A stretch of DNA of 64,000 nt from Planctomycetota bacterium (GCA_046160785.1 JBJXHE010000014.1:21695-85694); one strand, 5' to 3'. Shown: positions 8,297 through 17,666, numbered from the stretch's first letter. Numbers and translations: made by a program. The notes: a model not told the origin generated them from the letters alone.

Positions 8297-11095
8297 TTAA
8301 CTTTTCGGTAATTGATATGCCGCTTCTACCGGACGCAACGGCCGGTTGAGCCAGAACGGGCGGCGCAGCGAACCGGGCTTCGGGGGCCGGGTGAGTTTGA
8401 GCCATTCACTATAAATAGCTTGCGATTTTGTAGCATCCACTTCGATGTCGCCGTACTCGTCGCCGGGCCGCGCTTTTTCCAATGTTACTTTTTGATGCCA
8501 GCAGTGCATTCCCGAAATCGGATCGGGCTGCACGGGAAATGTTAAGTTTTGATGCACGCCGCCGTCGGTCCACCACACTCGCTTGCTGTCGGGATCGGTA
8601 CTATCAAATCGCGAGATGCCCTTGGTTCGCCGAACCTTAAATTTACCATTCACGTTTTCAATCTTAACAGTTGCCGCGGCCCACTTATCCGCGCCCACTG
8701 CCGAGTCGTCGGTTCTCCACCGGCCGAGGTGGTGCGAGCACGCGATCACGCCGGGGCGCATCCCTTCTGTGACCCACACTTTATTAACAAAATAGCCGAG
8801 ACCCGTCGTCACGCGCACGAGGTCGCCGATTTTAACATTAATTTTCTTAGCGTCTTTGGGATGTATCCAAACGGGATTTGAATTGGATAATTCATAAAGC
8901 CATTTCGCGTTGCCCGAGCGCGTGTGAATGAGCGTCGGCAAGCGGAACGTCGGCACAAGCACCGTTTCGCCTTTGGTGCGATCGAGCGTGCTTTCATGAA
9001 TATGCGATTTGATATAATCGGGCATCGTATGTTCCGGCCAGCCCGCGTCGGCCATGGTTTGCGAATAGATTTCTAGCTTTCGCGACGGCGTCGGGAAACC
9101 GAGGTACGACTCGCCGGCGATCGCGACGCCGATCACCTTCCCGTCTTTTGTTATTTTACCATTCACGGCGCTGACCGCCGCTCCATGGACGGTTTTTGTA
9201 TCAAGCTTCGTTTCGTACGTTCGATACTTTTCCGTTTCTACTAAAAACGCGCCGTGCCTTCGCATATATTCGAGCGGCGCCATATTTAATTTTGCGGCGG
9301 CCTGCGGAAGCCCAGGAACCGAATTTTCAAATATCCATTTATAATATTCGTCGACGCTCACTCTCTCCCCCGCGCGATACGGGGATTCGAAATATTTACG
9401 AACGCCGAGCGAACCGTCGGGGTCAACGCGCCATGACAAATTAATCCAAAACTCATCTTCTTCCCAAACTTCGCCGGGATTGTATTGATAGGTATGTTCA
9501 AATTTTTCGCCGAGCCTTTCTTTAGCAACGCGCAAAACGGGTTGGCGGAATCCTAACCATTTCCCTGCCTGCGTTTCCTGCGATTGGATATCATGCCGCT
9601 CGGGGCCGTGGCCCATCGGTAATACATAATCCGCGAAAAGCGCCGTTTCGCTCCACGTCGGCGTCAGCGCGGCGTGCAATTCTATCAACTTTTCATTTTG
9701 TAACACATCCATCCACGCGACGCCGTCGGGATTCGTCCAAACGGGATTGTAAACACGCGTGAAATAAGTTGATATTTTTCCGCGGCCCTCTCTTAACAAA
9801 TGCGGCAACAGATAACTTAACTCATAATGCGCGAGAGGATACTCGCGCGGAAATAACAATTCGCTCCAGACGCTTTGCGGCCCCGGCTTCATAAACGGAA
9901 CCGGGACAAACTTATTCCAAGTATGCGGAAGCGTTCCGCCCTGCGTTCCGACGGCGCCGACTAATACGGATATGAATTGTAAACATCGCGCGACCTGCCA
10001 GCCGCCGAGATTTCCCGACGCGGCGTTGCGCCACACGTGCGACGCGAACGCCGTACCCGCGCGGCCGATTTCGCGCGCTACCGTTACTATTTTATCTTTA
10101 GGAATCCCGGTTTCCTTCTCGGCCCACGCGAGCGCGTCGGCGGGAATTCGCGATCGTAAGAATGGAATGACTTGATTGTAACTAATGCCGTCGAGGTTAT
10201 TGCTAGCATTAGGATCGACGGCCGCGAGCATCTCCTCCCAGTTCGTCCACTTCTTAACAAATTCGTTATTAACGTATCCTTCGTCCATGATCACGGCGGC
10301 CATCGCTAATAAAAGGCACGCCTCCGTTCCCGGAAACGGCGCGAGCCAATAATTAGACATCGACGCCGTATTCGATAATCGAATGTCAACAGTACAAATC
10401 TTCGCGCCCTTCATCTTGCCTTCAATAATTCGCTGCGCGTGCGGATTAAAGTAGTGTCCGGTTTCGAGGTGCGAAGATAACAACAAAATGAATCTTGCAT
10501 TCGCGTGATCGGGCGACGGGCGATCCGAACCCGACCAAAGCGTGTAGCCGACGCGCGCGGCCGCCGAACAAACATTCGTATGCGAATTGTGGCCGTCGAC
10601 GCCCCATGCTTGTAATACGCGGTCCATGTAGCCGTCGTGCCCGGGGCGCCCAACGTGATACATCACTTCCGTTTTTCGATTTTCAACAATAGCGGCGCGG
10701 ATGCGCGCGGCGAATGTATCTAAAACTTCGTTCCACGTTGTGCGTTCGAATTTGCCGGATCCGCGCTTCCCGGTGCGCTTCATCGGATATAATATTCTTT
10801 GCGGATCGTTAACTTGATTTATTGTAGCAGGCCCTTTTGCACAATTCCGTCCGCGCGATCCCGGGTGAAAGGGGTTGCCCTCCAGTTTTTGTATCTTCCA
10901 CGTGCTCTTATCAATATATGCAACGAGTCCGCACGCGGCTTCGCAATTGAAGCATGTCGTCGGAACAAGTGTATACTTACGTTCGACGCGGCGGGGCCAC
11001 GCCTCAGGATCCCACTCCGTCCAATCGTCCCACTTTTCCATCGGGGGGAACGACTCGAGCGGAGTCGTTTGCATCGTTTCAGTCCATTCGGGCAT
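8297..11095 (-). CDS. molybdopterin (Mo/W-bisPGD) oxidoreductase catalytic subunit, Psr/Phs/Ttr/Arr-like, without Tat signal
   Basis: N-terminal 4Fe-4S motif CFNCEAAC...NCAKG. Candidate Mo-ligand Cys in HNSHTNVCSAAARVG. 932 aa with typical MopB length and blocks. The N-terminus MPEWTETMQTTPLESFPP... has no RRxFLK twin-arginine motif. Confidence 0.9.
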   Translation of the reverse strand: MPEWTETMQTTPLESFPPMEKWDDWTEWDPEAWPRRVERKYTLVPTTCFNCEAACGLVAYIDKSTWKIQKLEGNPFHPGSRGRNCAKGPATINQVNDPQRILYPMKRTGKRGSGKFERTTWNEVLDTFAARIRAAIVENRKTEVMYHVGRPGHDGYMDRVLQAWGVDGHNSHTNVCSAAARVGYTLWSGSDRPSPDHANARFILLLSSHLETGHYFNPHAQRIIEGKMKGAKICTVDIRLSNTASMSNYWLAPFPGTEACLLLAMAAVIMDEGYVNNEFVKKWTNWEEMLAAVDPNASNNLDGISYNQVIPFLRSRIPADALAWAEKETGIPKDKIVTVAREIGRAGTAFASHVWRNAASGNLGGWQVARCLQFISVLVGAVGTQGGTLPHTWNKFVPVPFMKPGPQSVWSELLFPREYPLAHYELSYLLPHLLREGRGKISTYFTRVYNPVWTNPDGVAWMDVLQNEKLIELHAALTPTWSETALFADYVLPMGHGPERHDIQSQETQAGKWLGFRQPVLRVAKERLGEKFEHTYQYNPGEVWEEDEFWINLSWRVDPDGSLGVRKYFESPYRAGERVSVDEYYKWIFENSVPGLPQAAAKLNMAPLEYMRRHGAFLVETEKYRTYETKLDTKTVHGAAVSAVNGKITKDGKVIGVAIAGESYLGFPTPSRKLEIYSQTMADAGWPEHTMPDYIKSHIHESTLDRTKGETVLVPTFRLPTLIHTRSGNAKWLYELSNSNPVWIHPKDAKKINVKIGDLVRVTTGLGYFVNKVWVTEGMRPGVIACSHHLGRWRTDDSAVGADKWAAATVKIENVNGKFKVRRTKGISRFDSTDPDSKRVWWTDGGVHQNLTFPVQPDPISGMHCWHQKVTLEKARPGDEYGDIEVDATKSQAIYSEWLKLTRPPKPGSLRRPFWLNRPLRPVEAAYQLPKS

Positions 11096-11117
11096 CTTCG
11101 AATCCTAACAACAATAG

Positions 11118-12620
11118 TTAAGAGAGTGGAATCGCCTGGCCGGCTTTGACCCACAGAAGGCCAAATCCTAACAATCCGGCGAGAGCGGCCAGAGCGGAGA
11201 TTGTATATAAAACGGGCATCGCGGGTATAAGTAGTAACGCAATCGGAACCGCCGCGCCGCCGATCATCGCCAACCAAAATTTTTGTGCAAAGACGCCGTG
11301 CGTTAATAAATGTTTCGCGCGTTCGGCGTCCCTCCCCCCGTGATTTGTAAAAACGTCGGCCATAACAAATAGGAAATGCGCCGCGAGCGAAAATATTAAT
11401 ATCTTTTCGGCGTCGGCGCCCGCGAGGACGGCCACGGCAGCGCCCGCGACGGCCGCTTCGACTGCGAGGTGCGGCGCGCGCAGAGGGCTTTGCCAAAAAT
11501 CGCGGCCCTCCGCCTGAGCAAACAAAAAACCCGAGTAGGCGGCGGCCGCGAGCGCAAGACCAACATTGATCCAACGAAGAATTGTAACCATCTGTTCCGC
11601 GCCCAAGAATTGTAATGCAATAATCGCAGGCGTCAAGGTTCCGAAGGCAGCTAATATTACCGTTCCGCGCACGAGCCACGATTTCCAATTCGGCCGCGTG
11701 AGAATCGTATAAAACTTCGCGGGGCGCGCGAGATCTTCGATCAGTAGGAACGTCGTGATTCCTAAGAATAGAAGAACTGCTATTTCAGGGCCGTACTTTT
11801 CAACATTTCCTCCGAGTCCAAGATCCTTAGCAAACGGTGCGATGACCGCCGCGCCCGCCGCGATCGCCTTCGTCCATAGATACGTGCCGACCTTCCAGCC
11901 CCACGGCGCCGGATGTGATACATCATAAGCAACGCGCACATTTGTATCTTCGTCAAAATTAGCACCGGGCGGCGCCGGCGTCGCGCGTTCCGACCAAAGA
12001 TAGGATTCTTCGTGTCGCGGCTCGGTCGGCGTCAGCACCGACGAATCGGCGTCAATATAAAATAAATTGGGGCCCGTGCCCTGTTCCGCCTTTCTTACAG
12101 ATACCGGATGGCTTGCTACTAAATTTCGAATTTCACTATTCGGATCATCCATATCGCCCGCGACGATCGCGCGCTCGGGACATACGACAACACACGCCGG
12201 TTCTAACTGTTTCTCAACGCGGTGCGCGCAAAAATGACATTTCTCCGCGGAGCCCGTGTCTTCATTTAGATAGATGGCGTCGTACGGGCACGCCTGCATG
12301 CAACCTTTACAACCAATACATGCGTCGCGATCTAAATCTACAATTCCGTCTTTTCGTTTATCAAGCGCGTTAACAGGGCAAATTGTAACACACGGCGCAT
12401 TCGTGCAATGGTTACATCGTAAGACGGCGAAGTGCCGCCGCACCGCGGGAAACGAACCCTTTTCTGTATATTTTACCCATGTTCGAAATTTGCCGACGGG
12501 CACATGGTTTTCTGATTTGCACGCCGTTGTGCACGCGTGGCATCCAATACATTTGCGTTGATCGATGAGGAAAGCGTAGTTCGTCACCGCGGAATCATAA
12601 CAGCCCGTGGCAAAAGTCAT
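11118..12620 (-). CDS. fused 4x[4Fe-4S] ferredoxin subunit (PsrB/DmsB/NrfC-like) and NrfD/PsrC-like integral membrane subunit
   Basis: Four Cys clusters (CIGCHACTTAC, CNHCTNAPC..CP, CIGCKGCMQACP, CHFC..CVVVCP) followed by about 8 hydrophobic helices. The start is uncertain: ATG 12620 (MTFATGCY..), TTG 12629 or GTG 12587 (V-TNYAFLIDQRKCIGC). The last would put the gene just outside repeat copy A. Confidence 0.85.
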   Translation of the reverse strand: MTFATGCYDSAVTNYAFLIDQRKCIGCHACTTACKSENHVPVGKFRTWVKYTEKGSFPAVRRHFAVLRCNHCTNAPCVTICPVNALDKRKDGIVDLDRDACIGCKGCMQACPYDAIYLNEDTGSAEKCHFCAHRVEKQLEPACVVVCPERAIVAGDMDDPNSEIRNLVASHPVSVRKAEQGTGPNLFYIDADSSVLTPTEPRHEESYLWSERATPAPPGANFDEDTNVRVAYDVSHPAPWGWKVGTYLWTKAIAAGAAVIAPFAKDLGLGGNVEKYGPEIAVLLFLGITTFLLIEDLARPAKFYTILTRPNWKSWLVRGTVILAAFGTLTPAIIALQFLGAEQMVTILRWINVGLALAAAAYSGFLFAQAEGRDFWQSPLRAPHLAVEAAVAGAAVAVLAGADAEKILIFSLAAHFLFVMADVFTNHGGRDAERAKHLLTHGVFAQKFWLAMIGGAAVPIALLLIPAMPVLYTISALAALAGLLGFGLLWVKAGQAIPLS

Positions 12621-12761
12621 CCGATTCAAAAATGTTCTTATTTCATAACTCTTCGTCAGGCCGCCCTCGACGTAACTCTTCGCTATGCCTCGAGCGGCCT
12701 TTCTCGATTTATTAAATCATTACTATTTTTGAATTGCGGAGCCCTTTTGCCACGGTCTGTT
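12599..12761. repeat. intergenic palindromic repeat (ERIC/Correia/MITE-like), copy A, long form
   Basis: 19-nt terminal inverted repeats AACAGCCCGTGGCAAAAGT (12599-12617) and CCTTTTGCCACGGTCTGTT (12743-12761), 17/19 complementary. The interior aligns by eye at high identity with 46488-46649. Confidence 0.75.
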
Positions 12762-12769
12762 AACAGCCG

Positions 12770-15700
12770 CTACGGCGGGCAGATCGTAATAATCACGCCG
12801 TTCGAGAACGCAATTCCCGCGGGGAGCGAATTGTCGAACGCCAACGATTGCCCGAAACCTACAAATCCGATGAGCGAAGCACTGTTCGGAATTGAAATTG
12901 TTAATGTTGTAACGCCGTTCACGAGCGGCGCAAAATCGCCGATCGCGAATTGATTCAAGTCGACGAGCAAAATTCCGCCGAGAGTTAAGAGTTCCGTGTG
13001 GCCAAATCCCACAAAGGTCCACGCGCCGGCAGACGAAACTCCGTATGTCGATAATGTTATAATTCCGCCGATCGAGGGATTGCCCGCCCCGATGAGTCCG
13101 AGCGTCTGCGAAATAGATGTATTAAATCCATAACTACTAAAACCGCACGCTTCGGTTCGAGTGGTATTTGCGTAAAACGCCGTTTGGTTAAGACCTCCGT
13201 CCGGCATTGTAAAGTTATGCGACGCCGCGCCGCCGTCGAGCCACGATTGAAAACTGTAATGACTACCGCCGGTCGCTGCCGCGAGCGGAGCTGTGATGGA
13301 ATGTTGATAATTTACAAGACTTTCATACAAACGCGGAGTCGTGACGGGCGCGCCGTCGAGAAATATTGAAATACCACTCGGCACCGTGTCGATCATTAAC
13401 ATTGCAATTCGCGGCTGGATCGCGCGGACCGACGCAGTCGAAAGCCCTGTCGAATCCGTGACCGTGCATTGAATTTCATAATACGTGTCTTCGGGCGGAT
13501 GGCCCGAAGGCGGAATTGTAAATTGACCATTCGTAACGCCCGCAATCGGCCCAAGGAACGGATGCGAATGGCCCGCGTGGACAAGATTTATATTCCAACT
13601 AAACGCCGACGGCGGGATCGCCCCGTCTTCGAGGTCGGAACCCGACGCTGCAAAAGATACAACCGTTCCGGCTTCATAAATAAAATTCTCCTGCGGGCTG
13701 ATCCATTGAATGGCCGGCGGATTTCCAACGGTAATATTCAATGGAACCGAAACAGCCGCTGCCACGCCGTCGCTAACGGTTAACTTCGCGATATAGCTTC
13801 CGGCGATTGGATAGGAGTGCGCCGGATTTGGCAGATTTGAAGTTGTAGCATCTCCGAAATCCCATGTATACAAAAGCGGCGACGGTCCGCCGTCGGGGTC
13901 GGTGGTTCCAGAACTGTTAAATTGAACGAGAAGCGGAGGAGCCCCCTGCACGGGCGCTGCGGAGGCGGCAACGACGGGCGGCTGATTGCCCGCGCCCGAA
14001 TAGTAAATTTTACGAACCGCAGCGACGTCGCCGCTTCCGGTGAAAGCGACTCCAATCGTTACATAATAAAGCGCGCCGTCGGGGCCAACCTTAAGATCGA
14101 CGATCGTGCCCGCGTTCGGCGATGCTAAGAAAACGGGAGATGCAACAATTTGACCGGCGCCGTCGAATATAAGTCTTCGAATAAACCGGTTTGCATAATC
14201 TCCGAAAAATAGATTTCCCTGATAGCCCGCCGGAAACGCGGTTGCGCGGTACACGGGCCCGAGCGTGATCGACGCCTGAAATTGATTATAATAGTAAAGA
14301 GGATCGTTGTGCTGATACGTAAATTTGGGCAGCGCGATGGCGGCGCAATTAGCAATAAAACAATCTTTACCTTCCTGATTCGGCCAGCCGTAATTCGCCG
14401 CTTTTGTTATAAGGTTCACTTCGTCCCACGATATAAATGAATTTCCGCCGACGTCTCCGGCCCAGAGGTTTCCATTGAGCGAATCGAATTGTATACGAAA
14501 CGGATTTCGGAGCCCCCACGCCCAAATTGGAGTGTAAGCATTGGGCTGCCCCGCGAGCGGATTGTCGTGCGGGCTCGCGCCATTCTTTTCAAGGCGAAGA
14601 ATCTTACCAAACGGGTTGTCGAGCGTTTGTGAATAATTACTATTAAATTGGTCGCCCGTCGCAATATATATTTTATTGTCGGGGCCGACGCGCACGCATC
14701 CGCCATGATGAAATTCCGACGCGAGCGTCGTGCCGTTCCAAACAGCAAATTCTGACGCGGGATTCGCGGTGTTTCCAACAATTGTAAAACGGCTCACACG
14801 GTCGCGCGGCTCGAGCGTTGTGTAAAATACATAAATATGTCCATTGATTGCAAAAGCCGGATCGACCGCGATCCCCGTAAGCCCGCGTTCGCCGCTCGTC
14901 GTGCTCGCGTTGATTTGTATCAATAACTGCAACGTTGATGATCCGTTTTGTAAAATCCAAATCGTGCCGTCGCGCTCTCCAATGAGCATCCGTCCGTCCG
15001 GCAGGAATTCAATAACAGTAGATTCGGAAAGCCCGCTCACGATCGTAGTTTCCTGAAATCCGAATGGTAATAAGCCGGTCGTGATCGGCGCTGTGTTGCT
15101 CGAATTGTTTGCATACAATACCCATTCGCCGTTTCCGGGAACTCCGGCGATAAGGACCCCCGGCATCGAACCCGAACCGCTCGAATCGCTAACTACAGTT
15201 CCAACGCCTTCCTCGAATCGATAGGAACCCACGAGGCCCGGCGCTCCACTCACTACAATTCGATCGTGGTTTTCTAATATTTGCGTTTGATTGCGCGCCG
15301 TGTTCCAGATTCGCAATTCATCAAAAAAACCATGAAACGACGGGAACGCCGCACCCGCGTCGTGCTTTTCGGCACCCAGCACGAGAAAAGGCCCCCAGGG
15401 CGTTTGCTGGCCCGGAACGCCCGCGTTCGGATAACTAACATTCGCGGTCGACGCGCCCGCCGAACTTTGAAAATCGAGAAAACCGTCGACAAAGATTTGT
15501 TTAATTCCAGTTGTTATATCGCGAACGCACGCGACGTGGTGCCATTTGCCGTCGAGAACGGGAATGTTTCCTTCTATCGTATTTTCATTATTGATTGCGG
15601 GCTGTCCGCGGCCGGTTCCGAATCGTACAAATCCGCCTGCAATGCTAATTCCAAAATCCGCGTCGCTTCCGCCCCAGATGTCGCGATCGATTATAATATT

Positions 15701-16003
15701 TCCGTTGATCCAGTTGTTATTAGACGTCTGGACGTCGCCGCCTGCGTTTGTTGTTGTATTCTGCGCGAGGCTGCCTTTTAACCAAAATTCAATTGTAAAA
15801 TTCCCCGCGCCGACGTCGCACGGAGAACTCGCGTCGGCCGCCGCGGAATTATCATCAATTCGAATACGGACGCGGTCTTGCTGGCCCGAACCCGTTCCGT
15901 AAAAACGCAGCGCGGCACCCGACCCTTGCGCGAACGCGCCCGACGCCACCACAGTAACGGATATAAACAAAAACGCAGGGAGCCGGACGAGGGATTTTAA
16001 CAT
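12770..16003 (-). CDS. secreted multidomain protein: LamG-like jelly-roll + PQQ-dependent sugar dehydrogenase (GSDH beta-propeller) + PKD domain(s)
   Basis: Signal peptide. LamG_3-like FTIEFWLKG..WHHVACVRD..IFVDG. GSDH blocks PDGRMLIGERDGTIWIL, SGERGLTGIAVDPAF, FHHGGCVRVGPDNKIYIATGD, GKILRL, WAWGLRNPFR, ANYGWP. PKD signature YTWDFGDATTS..HSYPIAGSYIAKLTVSDG. Confidence 0.85.
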   Translation of the reverse strand: MLKSLVRLPAFLFISVTVVASGAFAQGSGAALRFYGTGSGQQDRVRIRIDDNSAAADASSPCDVGAGNFTIEFWLKGSLAQNTTTNAGGDVQTSNNNWINGNIIIDRDIWGGSDADFGISIAGGFVRFGTGRGQPAINNENTIEGNIPVLDGKWHHVACVRDITTGIKQIFVDGFLDFQSSAGASTANVSYPNAGVPGQQTPWGPFLVLGAEKHDAGAAFPSFHGFFDELRIWNTARNQTQILENHDRIVVSGAPGLVGSYRFEEGVGTVVSDSSGSGSMPGVLIAGVPGNGEWVLYANNSSNTAPITTGLLPFGFQETTIVSGLSESTVIEFLPDGRMLIGERDGTIWILQNGSSTLQLLIQINASTTSGERGLTGIAVDPAFAINGHIYVFYTTLEPRDRVSRFTIVGNTANPASEFAVWNGTTLASEFHHGGCVRVGPDNKIYIATGDQFNSNYSQTLDNPFGKILRLEKNGASPHDNPLAGQPNAYTPIWAWGLRNPFRIQFDSLNGNLWAGDVGGNSFISWDEVNLITKAANYGWPNQEGKDCFIANCAAIALPKFTYQHNDPLYYYNQFQASITLGPVYRATAFPAGYQGNLFFGDYANRFIRRLIFDGAGQIVASPVFLASPNAGTIVDLKVGPDGALYYVTIGVAFTGSGDVAAVRKIYYSGAGNQPPVVAASAAPVQGAPPLLVQFNSSGTTDPDGGPSPLLYTWDFGDATTSNLPNPAHSYPIAGSYIAKLTVSDGVAAAVSVPLNITVGNPPAIQWISPQENFIYEAGTVVSFAASGSDLEDGAIPPSAFSWNINLVHAGHSHPFLGPIAGVTNGQFTIPPSGHPPEDTYYEIQCTVTDSTGLSTASVRAIQPRIAMLMIDTVPSGISIFLDGAPVTTPRLYESLVNYQHSITAPLAAATGGSHYSFQSWLDGGAASHNFTMPDGGLNQTAFYANTTRTEACGFSSYGFNTSISQTLGLIGAGNPSIGGIITLSTYGVSSAGAWTFVGFGHTELLTLGGILLVDLNQFAIGDFAPLVNGVTTLTISIPNSASLIGFVGFGQSLAFDNSLPAGIAFSNGVIITICPP

Positions 16004-16183
16004 TCAGGAGTGGACATCGCTTGAAGAGCGAGTTGAAGGCTTCAAATAGTATTATTATGCAGCGTTTCGCGCCAGCATTGGATGGGGCGAATCCCGAATG
16101 AAGTTCCACGTTCTCCGCGACCGCGCAATGAAAATCGCCGCGCCTACCCCTCGTAGAAAGTCCGGCGGGATCACGGCACGGCG

Positions 16184-16990
16184 TCAATATCCCCGTTGCC
16201 GCTCGCGCGTTTTAACACTAAACCCGAATTCCTGCTGAAAGATGGGTAATAAATCTTGTCCGGCGGCTTGCGAGAGAATGGATATTAAGAATCGGTTTTG
16301 AGTTTCCAATTCCGTATTATTATTAAATGTCGCGCGGCACTCCGCGAGGCGGCCCAAAAGGAGGCGATACGCTTTCGGGAAAAAATCCGGACCGAAGCGC
16401 GCTCGTAATTGCATCAATTCGTAGCTGCGGTGATCGACGCGGTCGAAGGATTTTAATAATTCCAGTTCGCGGCGGCGTCCATATAAATAAACTTCGCTTT
16501 CGAAATATATCAAATCCGCCGAAGACTCGTTAAACCAATGCGGCAAATGGCCAAAATAACTATTGAAGCAATGCATCATTTCGTGCGCGTAGTTATTCTG
16601 AGTATCAAATATTCCGCCGCTTTGTAAGAACATCTCCGGATGCGGCGGTTCACCAGGCGCACCCTGGTGCATCGAAAACCCGACCGGATACTTTGCGCCG
16701 ACATGACAATAGATCCATGCGGGGCCGGCGCCGACGTACTGTTGAATATAATCAAATTGCGTTTGTAATAATTCGACGATCTTCGAGGCTTCGAACGAGC
16801 GGTCGGCGCGATTGAATAATATAACATTCTTGCCGGCGAAGCGTTCGAGCACGGGTTCGTGGTGCCACTCCGTCGTCGCAGGCGGATCGCCCGGATCTGT
16901 AACAGGAGGAACGGCGCGCGAACCTGTCCGCGCGGTGGAACACGCGCACACGAGCAAACTACAACTCAAGATCGTTAGAAGTGGTTTCAT
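16184..16990 (-). CDS. putative zinc-metallopeptidase lipoprotein (HEXXH)
   Basis: Lipobox LLVCAC. Single HEXXH motif YAHEMMHCFN. The family was not recognised with certainty (possibly basic-secretory-protein-like peptidase). Confidence 0.55.
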   Translation of the reverse strand: MKPLLTILSCSLLVCACSTARTGSRAVPPVTDPGDPPATTEWHHEPVLERFAGKNVILFNRADRSFEASKIVELLQTQFDYIQQYVGAGPAWIYCHVGAKYPVGFSMHQGAPGEPPHPEMFLQSGGIFDTQNNYAHEMMHCFNSYFGHLPHWFNESSADLIYFESEVYLYGRRRELELLKSFDRVDHRSYELMQLRARFGPDFFPKAYRLLLGRLAECRATFNNNTELETQNRFLISILSQAAGQDLLPIFQQEFGFSVKTRERQRGY

Positions 16991-17018
16991 AAGTCATTTT
17001 CACTGCGATCCGCCGGCG

Positions 17019-17645
17019 TCACGGGCGAGTCTCAATTTTAATATTATCAATTCGAACTTTATCTTTCTTTCCTTCCGTGGCGACGACGAAACGAATCCGG
17101 TACGACGCATCGCCGGGCGGCGCGGAATCGACAAACACCGGCCCGAGTTCCTGATTTAAGAACATTTGAAATTGATGTTTTGCGCTGCGAACTTCGAAAT
17201 GGAACATTCGCCCGGGGAAAATCCACATCTTCGGATTCACGTTTACAAATTGATTGCCCTTGAGAATGCAACTTTTCACGCCGTCGAGCACCGAGTGGTA
17301 AAGCCCGGCGAACGCAAATGTATAATGTTCCCCTTCAATTTTTTTACTGTCCGCCTTCGCATCGATGATTTTGAGTTCGATACTTGCTTTCTCCTCAAAC
17401 CATGCATCAAATGTTATTGTAAAATCGCCCGTGAGCGGAGCCGTGCGTTCAAATATTCCGGCTCCTTCGCCGCGCAGTTCGCCGACTTCAGATTTCCAGC
17501 CCTTTGGAAACGTCCAGCCCGCGGGCAGTTCACTTTTAGTAAAATCGAGCGTGATCGGCGTTTCGTTAGCTTTACCCTGCGGGGGCATCGCGGCGGTGAG
17601 AGCCAGCGGAATTGTAAATAAACAGAAAACGGTTTTCTTGATCAT
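17019..17645 (-). CDS. hypothetical secreted protein (possible concanavalin/LamG-like jelly-roll)
   Basis: Signal peptide MIKKTVFCLFTIPLALTAA. Beta-rich sequence with codon usage like its neighbours. No diagnostic motif. Confidence 0.5.
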   Translation of the reverse strand: MIKKTVFCLFTIPLALTAAMPPQGKANETPITLDFTKSELPAGWTFPKGWKSEVGELRGEGAGIFERTAPLTGDFTITFDAWFEEKASIELKIIDAKADSKKIEGEHYTFAFAGLYHSVLDGVKSCILKGNQFVNVNPKMWIFPGRMFHFEVRSAKHQFQMFLNQELGPVFVDSAPPGDASYRIRFVVATEGKKDKVRIDNIKIETRP

Positions 17646-17666
17646 TGGAAATGTACTTTTGTGCGA

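Noticed and set aside
10819-11688. 289-aa ORF on the minus strand, very Arg/Gly-rich, spanning the junction of the Mo-subunit and FeS-subunit genes
   Set aside because: It lies out of frame over two genes with strong family motifs. Its composition (RGRRGR runs) is typical of an alternative-frame artefact in CpG-rich coding DNA. The same reasoning applies to 24547..25251 (antisense to rpoN), 34107..34673, 4653..5183, 15281..15781 and 22666..23031.
12599-12761. Possibility that element A is a Moco (molybdenum cofactor) riboswitch, since it sits directly upstream of a molybdoenzyme operon
   Set aside because: Near-identical copies occur next to unrelated genes (46488-46649, 63742-63801), and one copy lacks the whole interior. 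High nucleotide identity with conserved termini fits a mobile or repeat element, not an independently conserved aptamer. I also could not recognise Moco-motif core sequences. An Infernal scan would settle it.
16058-16076. Sigma-54-like promoter TGGCGCGAAACGCTGCA (minus strand), 55-70 nt upstream of the LamG-GSDH gene
   Set aside because: The GG-to-GC spacing is 11 nt instead of the invariant 10. Sigma-54 promoters do not tolerate this. Similar near-misses at 12740-12760 (TGGCAAAAGGGCTCCGCA, spacing 12) and 20490-20506 (TGGCCCGATCATTCGC, spacing 11) were rejected for the same reason.
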